DNA of 64,000 bases from Candidatus Binatia bacterium (GCA_963664015.2 CAXXLF010000001.1:640001-704000), one strand, 5' to 3'. Numbered from the stretch's first letter, positions 1 to 11,332 are shown. Made by a program: numbers and translations. Notes: generated by a model not told the origin, from the letters alone.

Positions 1-456
1 TCCCCGGCCAAGGATATGATCCCCCGTAAAAAGGACCTCCTGGCGAGTCTCATAGAAGCAACAGTGCCCTGACTCGTGCCCCGGTGTGTGGAGCACCGTG
101 AGCTCGCCGCCGTCGTAGGGAATCCTGTCTCCCTCACCGTATTGAAAGTCCTCTCCGCCCAGGTAACCTGCACGGGTTCGGGATATTCCCAGTTTTGCAC
201 CACACCTCTTTTTCAGGGCTAGGGCACCCCGACAATGATCCCCGTGGATATGAGTGATAAGTATCCGTTCCACCTTCTTCGCTCCCATTGCCTCCACCTG
301 CTCAAGGATCCCGTCAATATTTCCCGATGAGGGCAATGCCACATCAATCACAGTAGTCGCGTCTCGGCCCAAAACGTATTGGTTCGTTCCGTTGAGCGTC
401 ATGGGACCCGGATTAGCCGCAGTGAACCAGCGAATATTATCCAATTCTTGCATCAT
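1..456 (-). CDS. MBL-fold metallo-hydrolase (LACTB2-like), runs off window start
   Basis: Manual translation: MMQELDNIRWFTAANPGPMTLNGTNQY...THIHGDH (HxHxDH)...HTPGHESGH...LFTGDH; not in the ORF track because it is truncated. Confidence 0.9.
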   Translation of the reverse strand, partial: MMQELDNIRWFTAANPGPMTLNGTNQYVLGRDATTVIDVALPSSGNIDGILEQVEAMGAKKVERILITHIHGDHCRGALALKKRCGAKLGISRTRAGYLGGEDFQYGEGDRIPYDGGELTVLHTPGHESGHCCFYETRQEVLFTGDHILGRG

Positions 457-575
457 GATGGCTCGATATCTCCTAGGCCGTCCATTTTCGTATTTCCATT
501 GACATTCTAACAGAAAAATCGCTATTGCATAGGGGCCCAAGCCATTACCGTTGCTATCGGAAAGGACGTTACTTT

Positions 576-1637
576 ATGCAGATCATCGATGCCGACGCCC
601 ATATCATTGAGAATGAACGAACCTGGGACTACATGACCGAAGAGGAGCAGGCCTTCCGGCCGCTGGTGGTGATTCCCAAGCGGGGCGTCGTGGATAGTGC
701 ATCGGGACTCCCCGGAGGACTCCGCAATTTCGAGGAGCTATGGGTCATCGAAGGCAGGGTCTTTTCCAAGCGATCGACCTTCGTCAGCAATGAAATGTCA
801 GAAGGGGCTCGCGAGATCTCCGACATCGATGCACGGCTCAAACATATGGACGAACTTGGCGTGGACGTCCATGTCCTCTACCCGAGCTTGTTGGGCCCCC
901 TCACCCGCCGCCCAGAGGTGGAACTGGCATTGCGCCGCAGTTACAACCGTTGGATCGCGGACATTTGCCGAAGGGGCAATGGAAGGCTTCGCTGGATCGC
1001 GGTCCTACCCCTGCTGACCATGGACAAGTCCATTGAAGAGCTGCGTTGGGCCAAAGAAAACGGTGCATGCGGTTTCATGATGCACGGCGTCGAAAGCGAT
1101 CGACGGCTTTCGGCCCCCTACTTTTTTCCGCTTTACGAAGAAGCCGGCGACCTGGATCTCCCGGTTTGCATTCACGCGTCATCGGGTAGCGCGGCCATGC
1201 ACGATATTTTCGGCCAGGACTCGGGATTCTCTACCTTCAAGCTTCCCATAGTCGGTGCCTTTCACGACCTCATTATGAAAGGAACACCGGCCATGTTTCC
1301 CAAAGTTCGATGGGCCTTTGTCGAGGTCAGCGCCCAGTGGATACCGTATGCGATGAACGACCTGGAGCTTCGTTTCCGTAGGCGCGGTATGCATTGGTCA
1401 GGGGCCAATCTCCTGAGGGAGAACCGCATGTACGTAGCCTGCCAGACGGCCGACGATCTACCTTTGGTTCTTCAATGCGCGGGGCCCGACAACATCGTCA
1501 TCGGATCAGACTATGGACACAATGACACCTCAGCGGAGCTGGAGGCCCTGAAAAATCTCAAAGGTAAAGGTACGGTACCGCCCGAATCCGTCGATAAGAT
1601 CCTTTACGAAAACCCCAAGCGTCTCTATGCACTATAA
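576..1637 (+). CDS. Amidohydrolase family protein (amidohydro_2)
   Basis: IIDADAH metal motif, PVCIH, GSDYGH; ATG 576 follows AAGGA. Confidence 0.88.
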   Translation: MQIIDADAHIIENERTWDYMTEEEQAFRPLVVIPKRGVVDSASGLPGGLRNFEELWVIEGRVFSKRSTFVSNEMSEGAREISDIDARLKHMDELGVDVHVLYPSLLGPLTRRPEVELALRRSYNRWIADICRRGNGRLRWIAVLPLLTMDKSIEELRWAKENGACGFMMHGVESDRRLSAPYFFPLYEEAGDLDLPVCIHASSGSAAMHDIFGQDSGFSTFKLPIVGAFHDLIMKGTPAMFPKVRWAFVEVSAQWIPYAMNDLELRFRRRGMHWSGANLLRENRMYVACQTADDLPLVLQCAGPDNIVIGSDYGHNDTSAELEALKNLKGKGTVPPESVDKILYENPKRLYAL

Positions 1638-1702
1638 CCCCGTGCGCATCAGCATAGTCTGATGGCAACCCACAATCACCAGGAAGAAAGAAGGATATTC
1701 CC

Positions 1703-2428
1703 ATGAAAGGACAGGCAGCAGTTGTAACCGGCGGTGCAAAGGGGGTCGGCCGTTACATCGCCCAGGGGTTGGCCAAGGAGGGAGTCCGGGTCGTTATTGC
1801 AGACACGGACTCCGAACCTCTGGAGCGGACCCGTAAAGAGTTAGCCGGCATGACTTCCGACGCCTTCAGTCTTCGTGTGGACGTCACAAAAGAGGACGAA
1901 GTCAAAGACTTGATGGCCCAGGCAGCCGATCGCTTCGGTCAAATCGATATCCTCGTCACCTGCGCGGGGATTGTTCCTCATTTTGCGTGGGGGGTGCCCA
2001 AGTGGCCCAGGATCCGAGATATGGACAAACCCTTTTGGGATCAGGTGATCCAGACCAACCTGGGAGGTGTTTTTCTCTGCACCAAACACGTCACTCCTTA
2101 CATGCAGAAACGCAAATCCGGTCATATCGTGAATATGCATGGCGGTGGCGGCGAGATCGGAGCCTGCGCTTACGTTGTTACGAAAGATGCCGTCCGCACC
2201 TTCACCCGTTTCGTAGCCGAAGAAGTGCGCGAGGACAACATCTGTGTTGTGTGCGTTTCACCTGGCGGTTCCGTTTCCTTCGATTATTCTCCGGAGGAAG
2301 CGCGCAAGAACGTGCGCGGGGTAGAGGCTCTGGGAAACCGCTTTATCCTGGCCGCCCAGGCGGACATGGAGTTATCGGGCAAGCTTGTTACCCTAACCAA
2401 CGGTCGCCTGACTGTGACCGACCATTAG
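1703..2428 (+). CDS. SDR family oxidoreductase
   Basis: TGGAKGVG Rossmann motif, YVVTK (YxxxK). Confidence 0.9.
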   Translation: MKGQAAVVTGGAKGVGRYIAQGLAKEGVRVVIADTDSEPLERTRKELAGMTSDAFSLRVDVTKEDEVKDLMAQAADRFGQIDILVTCAGIVPHFAWGVPKWPRIRDMDKPFWDQVIQTNLGGVFLCTKHVTPYMQKRKSGHIVNMHGGGGEIGACAYVVTKDAVRTFTRFVAEEVREDNICVVCVSPGGSVSFDYSPEEARKNVRGVEALGNRFILAAQADMELSGKLVTLTNGRLTVTDH

Positions 2429-2452
2429 ATGCTTCTTGAAAGGGAGGAAGCG

Positions 2453-3184
2453 ATGCAAGGCCAAGTAACAATAGTCACCGGCGGAGCCAAAGGTATCGGC
2501 CGCTATATTGCCCATGGATTCGCTAGAGAAGGTGCTAAGGTGGCCATTGCTGATATTGACACCGAGCCATTGGAACGGACTCGCAAGGAATTGGAAGGTA
2601 TGACCTCGAAGGTGCTAAGTGGCAAGGTCAATGTCAGGAATGAGGACGAGGTTCGAACATTTTTCGGTCAAGTAGCGAACCAACTGGGGCAGATCGATGT
2701 CCTGGTCAACTGTGCGGGATTGGTTCCTCACTTTAATTGGGGAGTACAGAAGTGGGCGGCCATTCGAGACATGGACAAGAGTTTTTGGGACAGTGTCATC
2801 GAGACAAACCTGGGAGGCACCTTCCACTGCACTAAACACGTTATTCCCTTCATGGAACAACGGAGGTCCGGCCATATTGTTAACCTTTTCGGCGGTGGAC
2901 GGGACATCGGGGCGTGTGCTTACGTTGTCTCAAAGGAGGCGATCCGCACATTTACCCGTATGGTCGCCGATGAAGTACGGGAGTCGAACATCTGCGTCGT
3001 CGCCACCGCCCCGGAGGGCGCAGTTGCCACGGAGGATGCCCCAGAGGAAGCTCGCAAGCGACTGCCAGGTCCCGAATCGCTGGGCAACCGCTTCATCTTG
3101 GCTGCCCAAGCGGGCATGGAGTTTTCAGGAAAACTGCTCACGTCTAAGGATGGCCGGCTGGCCGTGCGGACTCCCGGATCCTAG
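2453..3184 (+). CDS. SDR family oxidoreductase (tandem paralog)
   Basis: TGGAKGIG, NCAG, YVVSK; GGAGG RBS before ATG 2453. Confidence 0.9.
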   Translation: MQGQVTIVTGGAKGIGRYIAHGFAREGAKVAIADIDTEPLERTRKELEGMTSKVLSGKVNVRNEDEVRTFFGQVANQLGQIDVLVNCAGLVPHFNWGVQKWAAIRDMDKSFWDSVIETNLGGTFHCTKHVIPFMEQRRSGHIVNLFGGGRDIGACAYVVSKEAIRTFTRMVADEVRESNICVVATAPEGAVATEDAPEEARKRLPGPESLGNRFILAAQAGMEFSGKLLTSKDGRLAVRTPGS

Positions 3185-3208
3185 TAACGTTAACCTCCAC
3201 TGTTCCCA

Positions 3209-4096
3209 TCAGGTCGCATTCAACTCCAAGGACTTCGCCAGATCAAGAGTACGCCGGGCTCGTTCTACAATGGGTCGGTCAATCAACTGGCCGCCAAAGG
3301 AGATGGATCCGTCGCCACGAGCTACCGCATCTTCGTAAGCTTTGATGACAGCGTTGGCATGTCGGATCTCCTCTTCCGTGGGACTAAAAACACTATTGAT
3401 CGGGTCGATCTGGGACGGATGAATCGAAGACATACCGGTAAACCCCAGTCGCCGTGACTGGCGTGCAAAGGACCACAGCCCCTCGGCGTCCTGCAGGTCC
3501 ACCCACACACCGTCAACGGCTTGCACGTGGGCCGATGCAGCGGCCACCACCATGGCCGAACGGGCGTAGAGCATATCCCTAGCCTCTCCCTCCCTAACGG
3601 TGGGAAGCCCCAACTCTCGCCCGAAGTCTTCGGCCCCAAATATCAAACCCGCAACGCGGGGGGAGCATGCTGCAATAGAGGCGGCGTTAATCAATCCTCT
3701 GGGACTCTCGATGGCAATCAGCAGTCTCACCCTGCCCCGTTCCATACCATGACGGGTCTCTTGATCCTGAATGACACTGTCCACCTTGAGCACCTCTTCA
3801 GGGGTTTCAACCTTGGGGAGAACCAGCCCATCGAGCCCCGGGAGCAGCGCCGCGCCCAAGTCGGCGTCCATACGGGCATGGCCAATGGCATTGATACGTA
3901 CGAATCGGGCAGGAGCGTTGGGGATACGCTCGCGTCCCAACGCCTCCCTGATCTGTTTTCGCGCCGTATCCTTCTCACTGGGCGCCACCCCATCTTCAAT
4001 GTCCAGCATGATCGCATCCACATTGAGTCCCAGCGCCTTATCGACCATGCGCTGCCGGTGACCCGGCACAAACATCCACGAACGATAAAGAATCAT
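3209..4096 (-). CDS. CitE-family CoA ester lyase (citramalyl-/malyl-CoA lyase-like)
   Basis: RSWMFVPG, LDIEDGV, VRIN, FGAEDF, IHPSQI motifs. Confidence 0.88.
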   Translation of the reverse strand: MILYRSWMFVPGHRQRMVDKALGLNVDAIMLDIEDGVAPSEKDTARKQIREALGRERIPNAPARFVRINAIGHARMDADLGAALLPGLDGLVLPKVETPEEVLKVDSVIQDQETRHGMERGRVRLLIAIESPRGLINAASIAACSPRVAGLIFGAEDFGRELGLPTVREGEARDMLYARSAMVVAAASAHVQAVDGVWVDLQDAEGLWSFARQSRRLGFTGMSSIHPSQIDPINSVFSPTEEEIRHANAVIKAYEDAVARGDGSISFGGQLIDRPIVERARRTLDLAKSLELNAT

Positions 4097-4261
4097 ATTA
4101 TCTCCAGTCAATGAAGTCTGACACCCGAACTGCCGCCCGGTTGACACTGTCCCCAACCGTAGGCTACGTTCAACGAAGATCGTGCTATACTATCAGTTAA
4201 AAGAATCATCTAGAATTCCCTCCAGCCCTGCTTGGACTCAAATTAAGGCCCCCCATTACAG

Positions 4262-5479
4262 ATGAAGGCAAGCACCCTCAAGCTCTGCCTCCCGGTTGCC
4301 GCGATCACCGCCCAGCAGTCTGCCACCGGGATTACAATTCCCCCATTTCTTAACGACCTCCAATATCCTGTTTCCGCCATCGGGGCCCTCATCGCCATTG
4401 CCCCCATGGTCTCCTTTTCCGCTCGCCTACCCGCCGGATTCATCTATAGAGGGGACCGGGCAAGATTCCAGATGGCAGTGGCCCTATCCCTGATCATTCT
4501 CTGTAATCTTTGCTACGGCTTTGCCGTCAGTCCCCTGTTCTTCGCCCTGGTCCACGCCCTCAATGGATTCGCCCTGGGGGCAGCGACCACCTTCTACCTG
4601 GCCTTTTTCGTAGACCGGCTTCCTCCCGACGAGGACCGTCACCATGCAATGGGTTACTATGCAGGCGCTCTGGCCATAGGCCATTCCAGTGGTGGACTTG
4701 TCGCCGGGATGATCGCTGACCGATTCGGCTATGCGAACAGTTTCAGATTTGCCGCCCTCGTCGCGTTGACCGCTCTGGCAATTCTTCCCTTTCTCAAGTC
4801 ACCTGCATCTCCCAAGACAAAGGGCGAGCTCGACCGGCCAAAGATCAGACCAACCCTCAAGCAATCTCTGCGGGCCGCTATCAACCCGCAAGTTGGGACT
4901 ATTGTAGTCGTCGCCGTTTTTCTAAACATGATCCACCAATTGCACACCGCCTTCATCCCCCTTTACAGCCTGGCCGTAGGGCTGACGTTGACCCAAGCCG
5001 GACTTATCAAAGGGACCCATGCCCTGTGCAATGCTATTACGCGTCCGCTGAGCGGGTACGTCGTGAAAGGCATCGGCGCCAAGAAGCTATCCCGAGCTGC
5101 CCTGCCGCTACAAGCGGCCACGATTATGCTGGTTCCCTTCTTTAACCATCTGGGACCTTTACTCATTATCTTCACCGTCGTCGGATTCCTGAGGGCCATC
5201 GTGCTAGTCGCCAATACCATCAGCATCATAGAAGACGTGGACGAGACCCGGGTCAGCCGGGGAGTTGCCTCGGGGGTTTATCACGCCGCAGGAGACCTGG
5301 GGGTCGTACTCGGTCCCAGCATGGGTGGGCTCATCGCCTCGTTTACAGGCATTGCCCGTCTCTTTTTCGTCGGTCCCCTTTTAATTGCCATCCTTTTTTC
5401 CATCAGCCTGTGGTGCACCCGATTTCTCGGCGCACTGGAACAACGGAGCCTCCATGCTGGGAAATCGTCCACTCAGTGA
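4262..5479 (+). CDS. MFS transporter
   Basis: 405 aa, about 12 hydrophobic segments, GMIADRFG motif. Confidence 0.88.
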   Translation: MKASTLKLCLPVAAITAQQSATGITIPPFLNDLQYPVSAIGALIAIAPMVSFSARLPAGFIYRGDRARFQMAVALSLIILCNLCYGFAVSPLFFALVHALNGFALGAATTFYLAFFVDRLPPDEDRHHAMGYYAGALAIGHSSGGLVAGMIADRFGYANSFRFAALVALTALAILPFLKSPASPKTKGELDRPKIRPTLKQSLRAAINPQVGTIVVVAVFLNMIHQLHTAFIPLYSLAVGLTLTQAGLIKGTHALCNAITRPLSGYVVKGIGAKKLSRAALPLQAATIMLVPFFNHLGPLLIIFTVVGFLRAIVLVANTISIIEDVDETRVSRGVASGVYHAAGDLGVVLGPSMGGLIASFTGIARLFFVGPLLIAILFSISLWCTRFLGALEQRSLHAGKSSTQ

Positions 5480-5499
5480 CTCCCCCCATTTACATACCA

Positions 5500-6660
5500 T
5501 CAATAGGATTTCGGCATGCCCAGAACATGTTGCCCCAAATAGGCTAGCACTAAATTGTTGCTCACCGGCGCCACGGTGAGCAGCCGGGTCTCTCGAAATT
5601 TTCGCTCCACATCGTAATCTACAGAAAACCCGTAACCGCCGTGGGTGGTCAAACAGGCGTTGGCCGCATCCCAAGCGGCCTCCGAGGCCAGCAGCTTGGC
5701 CATATTCGCCTCAGCCCCGCATTTCGCTCCCGCATCGAACTTGGTTGCCGCTTGAAACCGCACCAGGTTGGCCGCTTCGATTCGGGCGTGGGCATGAGCG
5801 ATGGGGAACTGAATCCCCTGATTGGAACCGATGGCACGACCAAAGACCTTTCGCTCCTTGGCGTAATTGGATGACCGCTCAACGAACCAGCGGCCGTCTC
5901 CGATAGCCTCCGACGCCACTAAAATCCGCTCCGCGTTCCAGCCGTCGATGATGTAACGAAACCCCATTCCCTCTTCGCCGATAAGGTTCTTGGCAGGCAC
6001 CTCGAGACCGTCGAAAAAAAGCGTACTGGTATGGTGATTGACCATCAGATCGAGGGGTTTGATATCGAGCTTCCCCTTGGCCTCACGAAGATCCACAATA
6101 AATACCGAAAGTCCACGAGTCTTGTCCTTTAACTCATTGTAGGGAGTGGTCCGGGCAAGCAGCAACATGAGATCCGAATGATCCACTCGGGAAATAAAAA
6201 TCTTTTGCCCGGTGATCCGATAATATTTCCCCTTGCGCTCCGCACGGGTCTGAATGCGCGTTGTTTCCGAACCCGCATCGGGCTCGGTGACGGCAAAGGC
6301 CTGGAGCCGTAGCTCGCCGCGGGCCACCTTGGGGAGATAACGCTGCTTTTGATCGGGACTGCCGTGTTTGAGCAGCGTACCCATGGTATACATCTGGGCA
6401 TGGCAGGCCGTGGCCGTGCCGCCCGAGCGGTTGATCTCTTCCAATATGATACTGGCCTCGGTAATGCCAAGTCCGCTGCCTCCGTATTCTTCCGGGATAA
6501 GGGCTCCAAGCCAGCCGAGCTCGGTTAATTTGCGGACGAAGGCCTCCGGGTATTCCCGTTTTCGATCTACCTCGCGCCAGTAGACATCAGGAAACTCACG
6601 GCACACCTTGCGAATCTCATCCTGGATCTGCAACTGCTCTTGGGTGAAGTTCAAGTCCAT
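5500..6660 (-). CDS. Acyl-CoA dehydrogenase (methylsuccinyl-CoA dehydrogenase-like)
   Basis: IPEEYGGSG, AVTEP, GQKIFIS, HGGYGF; CHAQMY subfamily motif. Confidence 0.9.
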   Translation of the reverse strand: MDLNFTQEQLQIQDEIRKVCREFPDVYWREVDRKREYPEAFVRKLTELGWLGALIPEEYGGSGLGITEASIILEEINRSGGTATACHAQMYTMGTLLKHGSPDQKQRYLPKVARGELRLQAFAVTEPDAGSETTRIQTRAERKGKYYRITGQKIFISRVDHSDLMLLLARTTPYNELKDKTRGLSVFIVDLREAKGKLDIKPLDLMVNHHTSTLFFDGLEVPAKNLIGEEGMGFRYIIDGWNAERILVASEAIGDGRWFVERSSNYAKERKVFGRAIGSNQGIQFPIAHAHARIEAANLVRFQAATKFDAGAKCGAEANMAKLLASEAAWDAANACLTTHGGYGFSVDYDVERKFRETRLLTVAPVSNNLVLAYLGQHVLGMPKSY

Positions 6661-6792
6661 GGGCCCCTCCTAACCACGCAAACTGTAACATACCTCCCGG
6701 CGAGACAAATACAAATTTCACCCTACCGCCCACTTTGCACTTTTTCGCGGGCCTTGTATTATACAGCAAAGCTCGAGGGGAGGGTCTAAAAC

Positions 6793-7302
6793 ATGGCTAT
6801 CAAGCGCGGCTGGGAAGGCCGCTACTTTGAAGACTTTACTGTAGGTGACGTTTACCGGTGCCGCTTGGGACGAACCATATCCGAGGCGGACAATACCTGG
6901 TTTACCCTGCTCACCAACAATACCAACCAGATCCATTTCAACTCCGAGTACGCCAAAGAGACCGAGTTTGGTAAGTGCCTGGTCAACAGCGCGTTGACTT
7001 TGGCCATTGTGGCCGGGTTGGGAGTGGCGGATGTTAGCGAGAACGGGTTTGCCTTGGGATGGGATGAGATCAAGCTACCCCGGCCGGTTTTTGCCGGTGA
7101 CACGGTCTATTCGGAATCCGAAGTCCTGGAAAAACGCGAGTCCAAGTCCAAGCCCCAATGGGGGATCGTCAAGGTCCGTACACGGGGGGTCAATCAAGAC
7201 GGGAATGTCGTCATCGATTACTCGCGTTCCGTCATGGTCTGGAAGCAAGCCCACGCCCCCAAGACGGACCTGTTCCCGGAGGTGAAGAGTGAGTCAAAAT
7301 GA
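6793..7302 (+). CDS. MaoC-family dehydratase (itaconyl-CoA hydratase RipB-like)
   Basis: GRYFEDFTVGD...DNTWFTLLTNNTNQIHF, PVFAGDT hotdog motifs. Confidence 0.85.
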   Translation: MAIKRGWEGRYFEDFTVGDVYRCRLGRTISEADNTWFTLLTNNTNQIHFNSEYAKETEFGKCLVNSALTLAIVAGLGVADVSENGFALGWDEIKLPRPVFAGDTVYSESEVLEKRESKSKPQWGIVKVRTRGVNQDGNVVIDYSRSVMVWKQAHAPKTDLFPEVKSESK

Positions 7303-8491
7303 GCCCGGCACCCATAGGGCGCTCGAAGGTGTCCAAGTGGTTGCCTTCGAACAGGTCCTCTCCGGCCCTTTCAGCACGCTGCTTTTAAGCGACATGGGAG
7401 CGGATGTCATAAAAATCGAAAAACCCGGCACCGGCGATCTGATTCGGCACTGGGATAGCGCCGTTCGAGGTCTTTCTTCCGGTTACGTCTGGCTCAATCG
7501 CAATAAAAAGAGTCTTACGGTCGATGCGAAGCGTGACAAAGGACAGGAGATAATTCGTCGTTTGCTGCAAAAGGCTGACGTTTTCTTTGAAAACGCCTCA
7601 CCGGGGGCGGCGGCCCGGCTCGGATTGGATTACGATACTCTTTCGGCCTTAAATCCCCGGCTCATCTACTGCTCAATTTCCGGCTATGGGCAGGACGGAC
7701 CTTACCGGGATGTGAAGGCCTACGATCTTCTGATTCAGGGGGAGGCGGGAATCATCGCGACCACAGGCTACCCGGATAAACCGGCGCGGGCGAGTCTCCC
7801 CATCGTGGATATTGCGGCGGGTATGTACGCGGCATTGGGAATCACCCTGGCCCTTTATCAGCGGGAAAAGACGGGCCGCGGGCAAGCCATTGACATTTCC
7901 ATGTTCGAGTCCATCGTTTCCTGGCTGGGCTATTTTCCACACCACTACTGGCACCGTGGCGAAGAACCCGGGCGCATCGGGATGCGCCATCCTTACGTGA
8001 CCCCTTACGGCCCTTACCTCGCCCGCGATCAGCAGTACGTGAACCTGGCGGTGGCCACGAATCAGGATTGGGAGACCCTTTGCCGCGACGTAATCGATCG
8101 CCCGGATTTCCTCTCGGACTCGCGCTTCGCGACGGTCGAGGCGAGAAGAGAAAACCGTGATGTCCTCGAAAAAACCATGGAAGAGATCTTTCTCCACCAT
8201 GACCACGACACCTGGCTCGAGCGACTCAAGAAGGCAAAGCTTCCCAACGGCGAGGTTCGAGGCATCGCACAGGTCCTCGCCCACCCCCAGATTCTCGCAC
8301 GCAAGTTCATACGCGAAGTGAATTCTCCGGTCGGATCCGTCCCCGTTATCGGTAACCCTTTACGCCTGTCCGACAGTCCAGCACGTTACGACCGAATTCC
8401 TGACCTGGGTGAGGATACAAACGCCATACTTCAACAACTCGGCTACAGCCCTTCGGACATTGACAAACTCCGCGAAGAAAAAGTGATTTAA
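7289..8491 (+). CDS. Class III (CaiB/BaiF) CoA-transferase
   Basis: GADVIKIE, NRNKKS, SISGYGQDGPY, KAYDLLIQ. Confidence 0.92.
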   Translation: MSQNEPGTHRALEGVQVVAFEQVLSGPFSTLLLSDMGADVIKIEKPGTGDLIRHWDSAVRGLSSGYVWLNRNKKSLTVDAKRDKGQEIIRRLLQKADVFFENASPGAAARLGLDYDTLSALNPRLIYCSISGYGQDGPYRDVKAYDLLIQGEAGIIATTGYPDKPARASLPIVDIAAGMYAALGITLALYQREKTGRGQAIDISMFESIVSWLGYFPHHYWHRGEEPGRIGMRHPYVTPYGPYLARDQQYVNLAVATNQDWETLCRDVIDRPDFLSDSRFATVEARRENRDVLEKTMEEIFLHHDHDTWLERLKKAKLPNGEVRGIAQVLAHPQILARKFIREVNSPVGSVPVIGNPLRLSDSPARYDRIPDLGEDTNAILQQLGYSPSDIDKLREEKVI

Positions 8492-8613
8492 AATTCCGCA
8501 ACCACGCATGAGGGAAAGGGGCCCCCAAACACTATTTTTCACTCAGAACAACAACCGCAACAACTTGAAAAAACGAGTCGGGTAAAGTAGTTAGTTCATC
8601 AGAGGATCACACT

Positions 8614-11307
8614 ATGGCACAAGAAGAATTCGATAGTTTTAGCACTCGATCGACCTTGAAGGTCGGAAACCAATCGTACGAGATTTATCGCCTGGATCTC
8701 TTGGAGATGGCCGGGATTAAAGATGTCGCCCGCTTACCAGTCTCCATCCGGATCCTGCTAGAAAACCTGCTGCGCAATGAGGACGGCCGGCTGGTCAACA
8801 AAGGGGACATTGAAGCCCTAGCCCGCTGGAGTCCCACGGCCAAGCAAGACAAAGAGATCGCCTTCATGCCCGCTCGTGTCCTCTTGCAAGACTTCACCGG
8901 GGTACCGGCCATAGTGGACCTTGCCGCCATGAGGAGCGCGATGGAGCGAATGGGCGGCGATCCCGAACGCATCAACCCCCTGCAGCCGGTGGACCTGGTC
9001 ATCGACCATTCGGTACAGGTGGATCGCTTTGGCTCCCCTGAGGCCTTTCAGGCCAATGCCCGGCTGGAGCTGGAACGCAACATGGAACGCTATGCCTTTC
9101 TACGCTGGGGACAAAAGGGTTTCCGCAACTTCCGGGTCGTTCCTCCGGATACGGGTATCGTGCACCAGATCAATCTGGAGTATCTGGCACAAACCGTATT
9201 CAGCACCGAGCGGGGTGGAACGAAGCTTGCCTATCCGGACACCCTGGTGGGCACCGATTCCCATACGACGATGATCAACGGGCTCGGCGTTGTCGGTTGG
9301 GGTGTGGGCGGTATCGAGGCAGAAGCGGCTATGCTCGGACAGCCTTTGATCATGCTCATCCCACAGGTCATCGGTTTCAAACTCTACGGTCGGATGCCCG
9401 AGGGGGCAACCGCCACAGATCTGGTACTAACCTTCACCCAGATGCTGCGCAAGAAAGGCGTCGTAGAGAAGTTTGTTGAATTTTACGGCCCCGGGCTTTC
9501 CACGCTAGCCCTCGCCGACCGGGCCACCATAAGCAACATGTGCCCGGAATATGGGGCGACCATCGGCTTTTTTCCGGTCGATGACGAGACCCTGAAGTAT
9601 CTGGCCTTTACCGGCCGCGAACCCGAGCGCGTTCAACTGGTGGAAGCCTACTGCAAGGAGCAGGGCCTTTACCGCAGCGATTCCTCTCCGGATCCGGTCT
9701 TCACCGACACCATGGAGCTCGACCTGTCAACAGTAGAGCCAAGCCTGGCGGGTCCCAAGAGGCCCCAGGATCGGGTCCCTCTCAAACAGGCCAAGGAAGC
9801 GTTCGCCGAAGCCCTCCCTACTATGCTCAAGAACGGTACGCCGACCCAGTCCGTTGCGGTCAGGTCCAACGGCGATCAATTCGAACTGACCCATGGCTCC
9901 GTGGTGATCTCGGCTATCACGAGCTGCACCAACACCTCAAATCCGTCGGTAATGATTGCCGCGGGATTGCTGGCCAAGAAGGCAGTGGAACGCGGCCTTA
10001 ATTCCAAACCCTGGGTTAAAACCAGCTTGGCACCTGGGTCCAAGGTGGTGACAGACTACCTTAAAAAGAGCGGCCTGCTCACCTATCTGGAAAAGCTGGG
10101 CTTTTATCTCGTCGGCTATGGATGTACCACCTGCATTGGCAACAGTGGCCCTCTCCCCGAACCCATCGACGCGGCCATTCAAGAAGGCGATCTGGTTGCA
10201 GCTGCCGTAGTTTCCGGGAACAGAAACTTCGAGGGGCGAATCCATCCCAGGGTGCGAGCCAATTACCTGGCATCGCCACCCCTGGTCGTAGCCTATGCGC
10301 TGGCCGGTCGGATGGACTTAAATCTGACCCAAGACCCTCTGGGACAGGATTCAAACGGGAACCCAGTTTACTTGAAAGAGATCTGGCCCACACCCGGTGA
10401 GATCCAGGACGCCATACGTTCTTCCCTCAAGTCCGAAATGTTCAAACAGCAATACGGCAAGGTCTTCGAGGGAGACCAGACCTGGAAAGAGCTGCCCGTC
10501 CCCGAGGGGCTGCTATTCGGCTGGGATGCCCAATCGACTTATGTCAAAGAACCTCCCTATTTTATCAATCTTCCTGCCCAGCCGGCGGATCCGGTAGATA
10601 TCCGTGGCGCCCGCACACTTGCCTTGCTAGGAGACTCCATCACGACCGACCATATCTCACCGGCGGGCTCAATAGAAAAAGACGGACCCGCCGCCCGTTA
10701 CTTCAAGGAACATGGCGTGGAGCCCAAAGACTTTAATTCCTACGGCGCCAGACGGGGAAACGATGAGGTCATGGTCCGCGGCACATTCGCCAATGTACGT
10801 TTGAAAAACCAGCTCGCTCCAGGAACCGAAGGGGGATGGACCGTCCACCTACCGGACAAGAAGCAGATGTTCATTTACGATGCTTCCATACAGTACCAGA
10901 AGGAAGGGACTCCCTTGATCGTCATTGCGGGGAAGGAATACGGCTCGGGTTCTTCAAGAGACTGGGCGGCCAAGGGGCCACGACTCCTCGGGGTCAAGGC
11001 GGTCATTGCAGAGAGCTACGAGCGTATCCATCGCAGCAACCTGATCGGAATGGGGATCTTACCCTTGCAATTCCAATCGGGACAGAACGCTCCAAGCCTG
11101 GGTCTCACCGGATTTGAGAGCTACGAAATTACTGGAATCGCAAGTGAACTTAGAGTGAAAAAAGAGCTTTCCGTCAAATGCCGAAGTGACGACGGCAAGG
11201 TAACAGAATTTAAAGCCACCTGCCGCATCGATACGCCGGCGGAGCTGGATTATTACCGAAATGGCGGCATATTGGAGTTCGTCTTGCGACAGCTGTTAAA
11301 AACTTAG
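8614..11307 (+). CDS. acnA: Aconitate hydratase A
   Basis: [47 protein letters not shown]; 897 aa. Confidence 0.98.
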   Translation: MAQEEFDSFSTRSTLKVGNQSYEIYRLDLLEMAGIKDVARLPVSIRILLENLLRNEDGRLVNKGDIEALARWSPTAKQDKEIAFMPARVLLQDFTGVPAIVDLAAMRSAMERMGGDPERINPLQPVDLVIDHSVQVDRFGSPEAFQANARLELERNMERYAFLRWGQKGFRNFRVVPPDTGIVHQINLEYLAQTVFSTERGGTKLAYPDTLVGTDSHTTMINGLGVVGWGVGGIEAEAAMLGQPLIMLIPQVIGFKLYGRMPEGATATDLVLTFTQMLRKKGVVEKFVEFYGPGLSTLALADRATISNMCPEYGATIGFFPVDDETLKYLAFTGREPERVQLVEAYCKEQGLYRSDSSPDPVFTDTMELDLSTVEPSLAGPKRPQDRVPLKQAKEAFAEALPTMLKNGTPTQSVAVRSNGDQFELTHGSVVISAITSCTNTSNPSVMIAAGLLAKKAVERGLNSKPWVKTSLAPGSKVVTDYLKKSGLLTYLEKLGFYLVGYGCTTCIGNSGPLPEPIDAAIQEGDLVAAAVVSGNRNFEGRIHPRVRANYLASPPLVVAYALAGRMDLNLTQDPLGQDSNGNPVYLKEIWPTPGEIQDAIRSSLKSEMFKQQYGKVFEGDQTWKELPVPEGLLFGWDAQSTYVKEPPYFINLPAQPADPVDIRGARTLALLGDSITTDHISPAGSIEKDGPAARYFKEHGVEPKDFNSYGARRGNDEVMVRGTFANVRLKNQLAPGTEGGWTVHLPDKKQMFIYDASIQYQKEGTPLIVIAGKEYGSGSSRDWAAKGPRLLGVKAVIAESYERIHRSNLIGMGILPLQFQSGQNAPSLGLTGFESYEITGIASELRVKKELSVKCRSDDGKVTEFKATCRIDTPAELDYYRNGGILEFVLRQLLKT

Positions 11308-11332
11308 CCGGAAAGACTGCTGACCAAAGACT

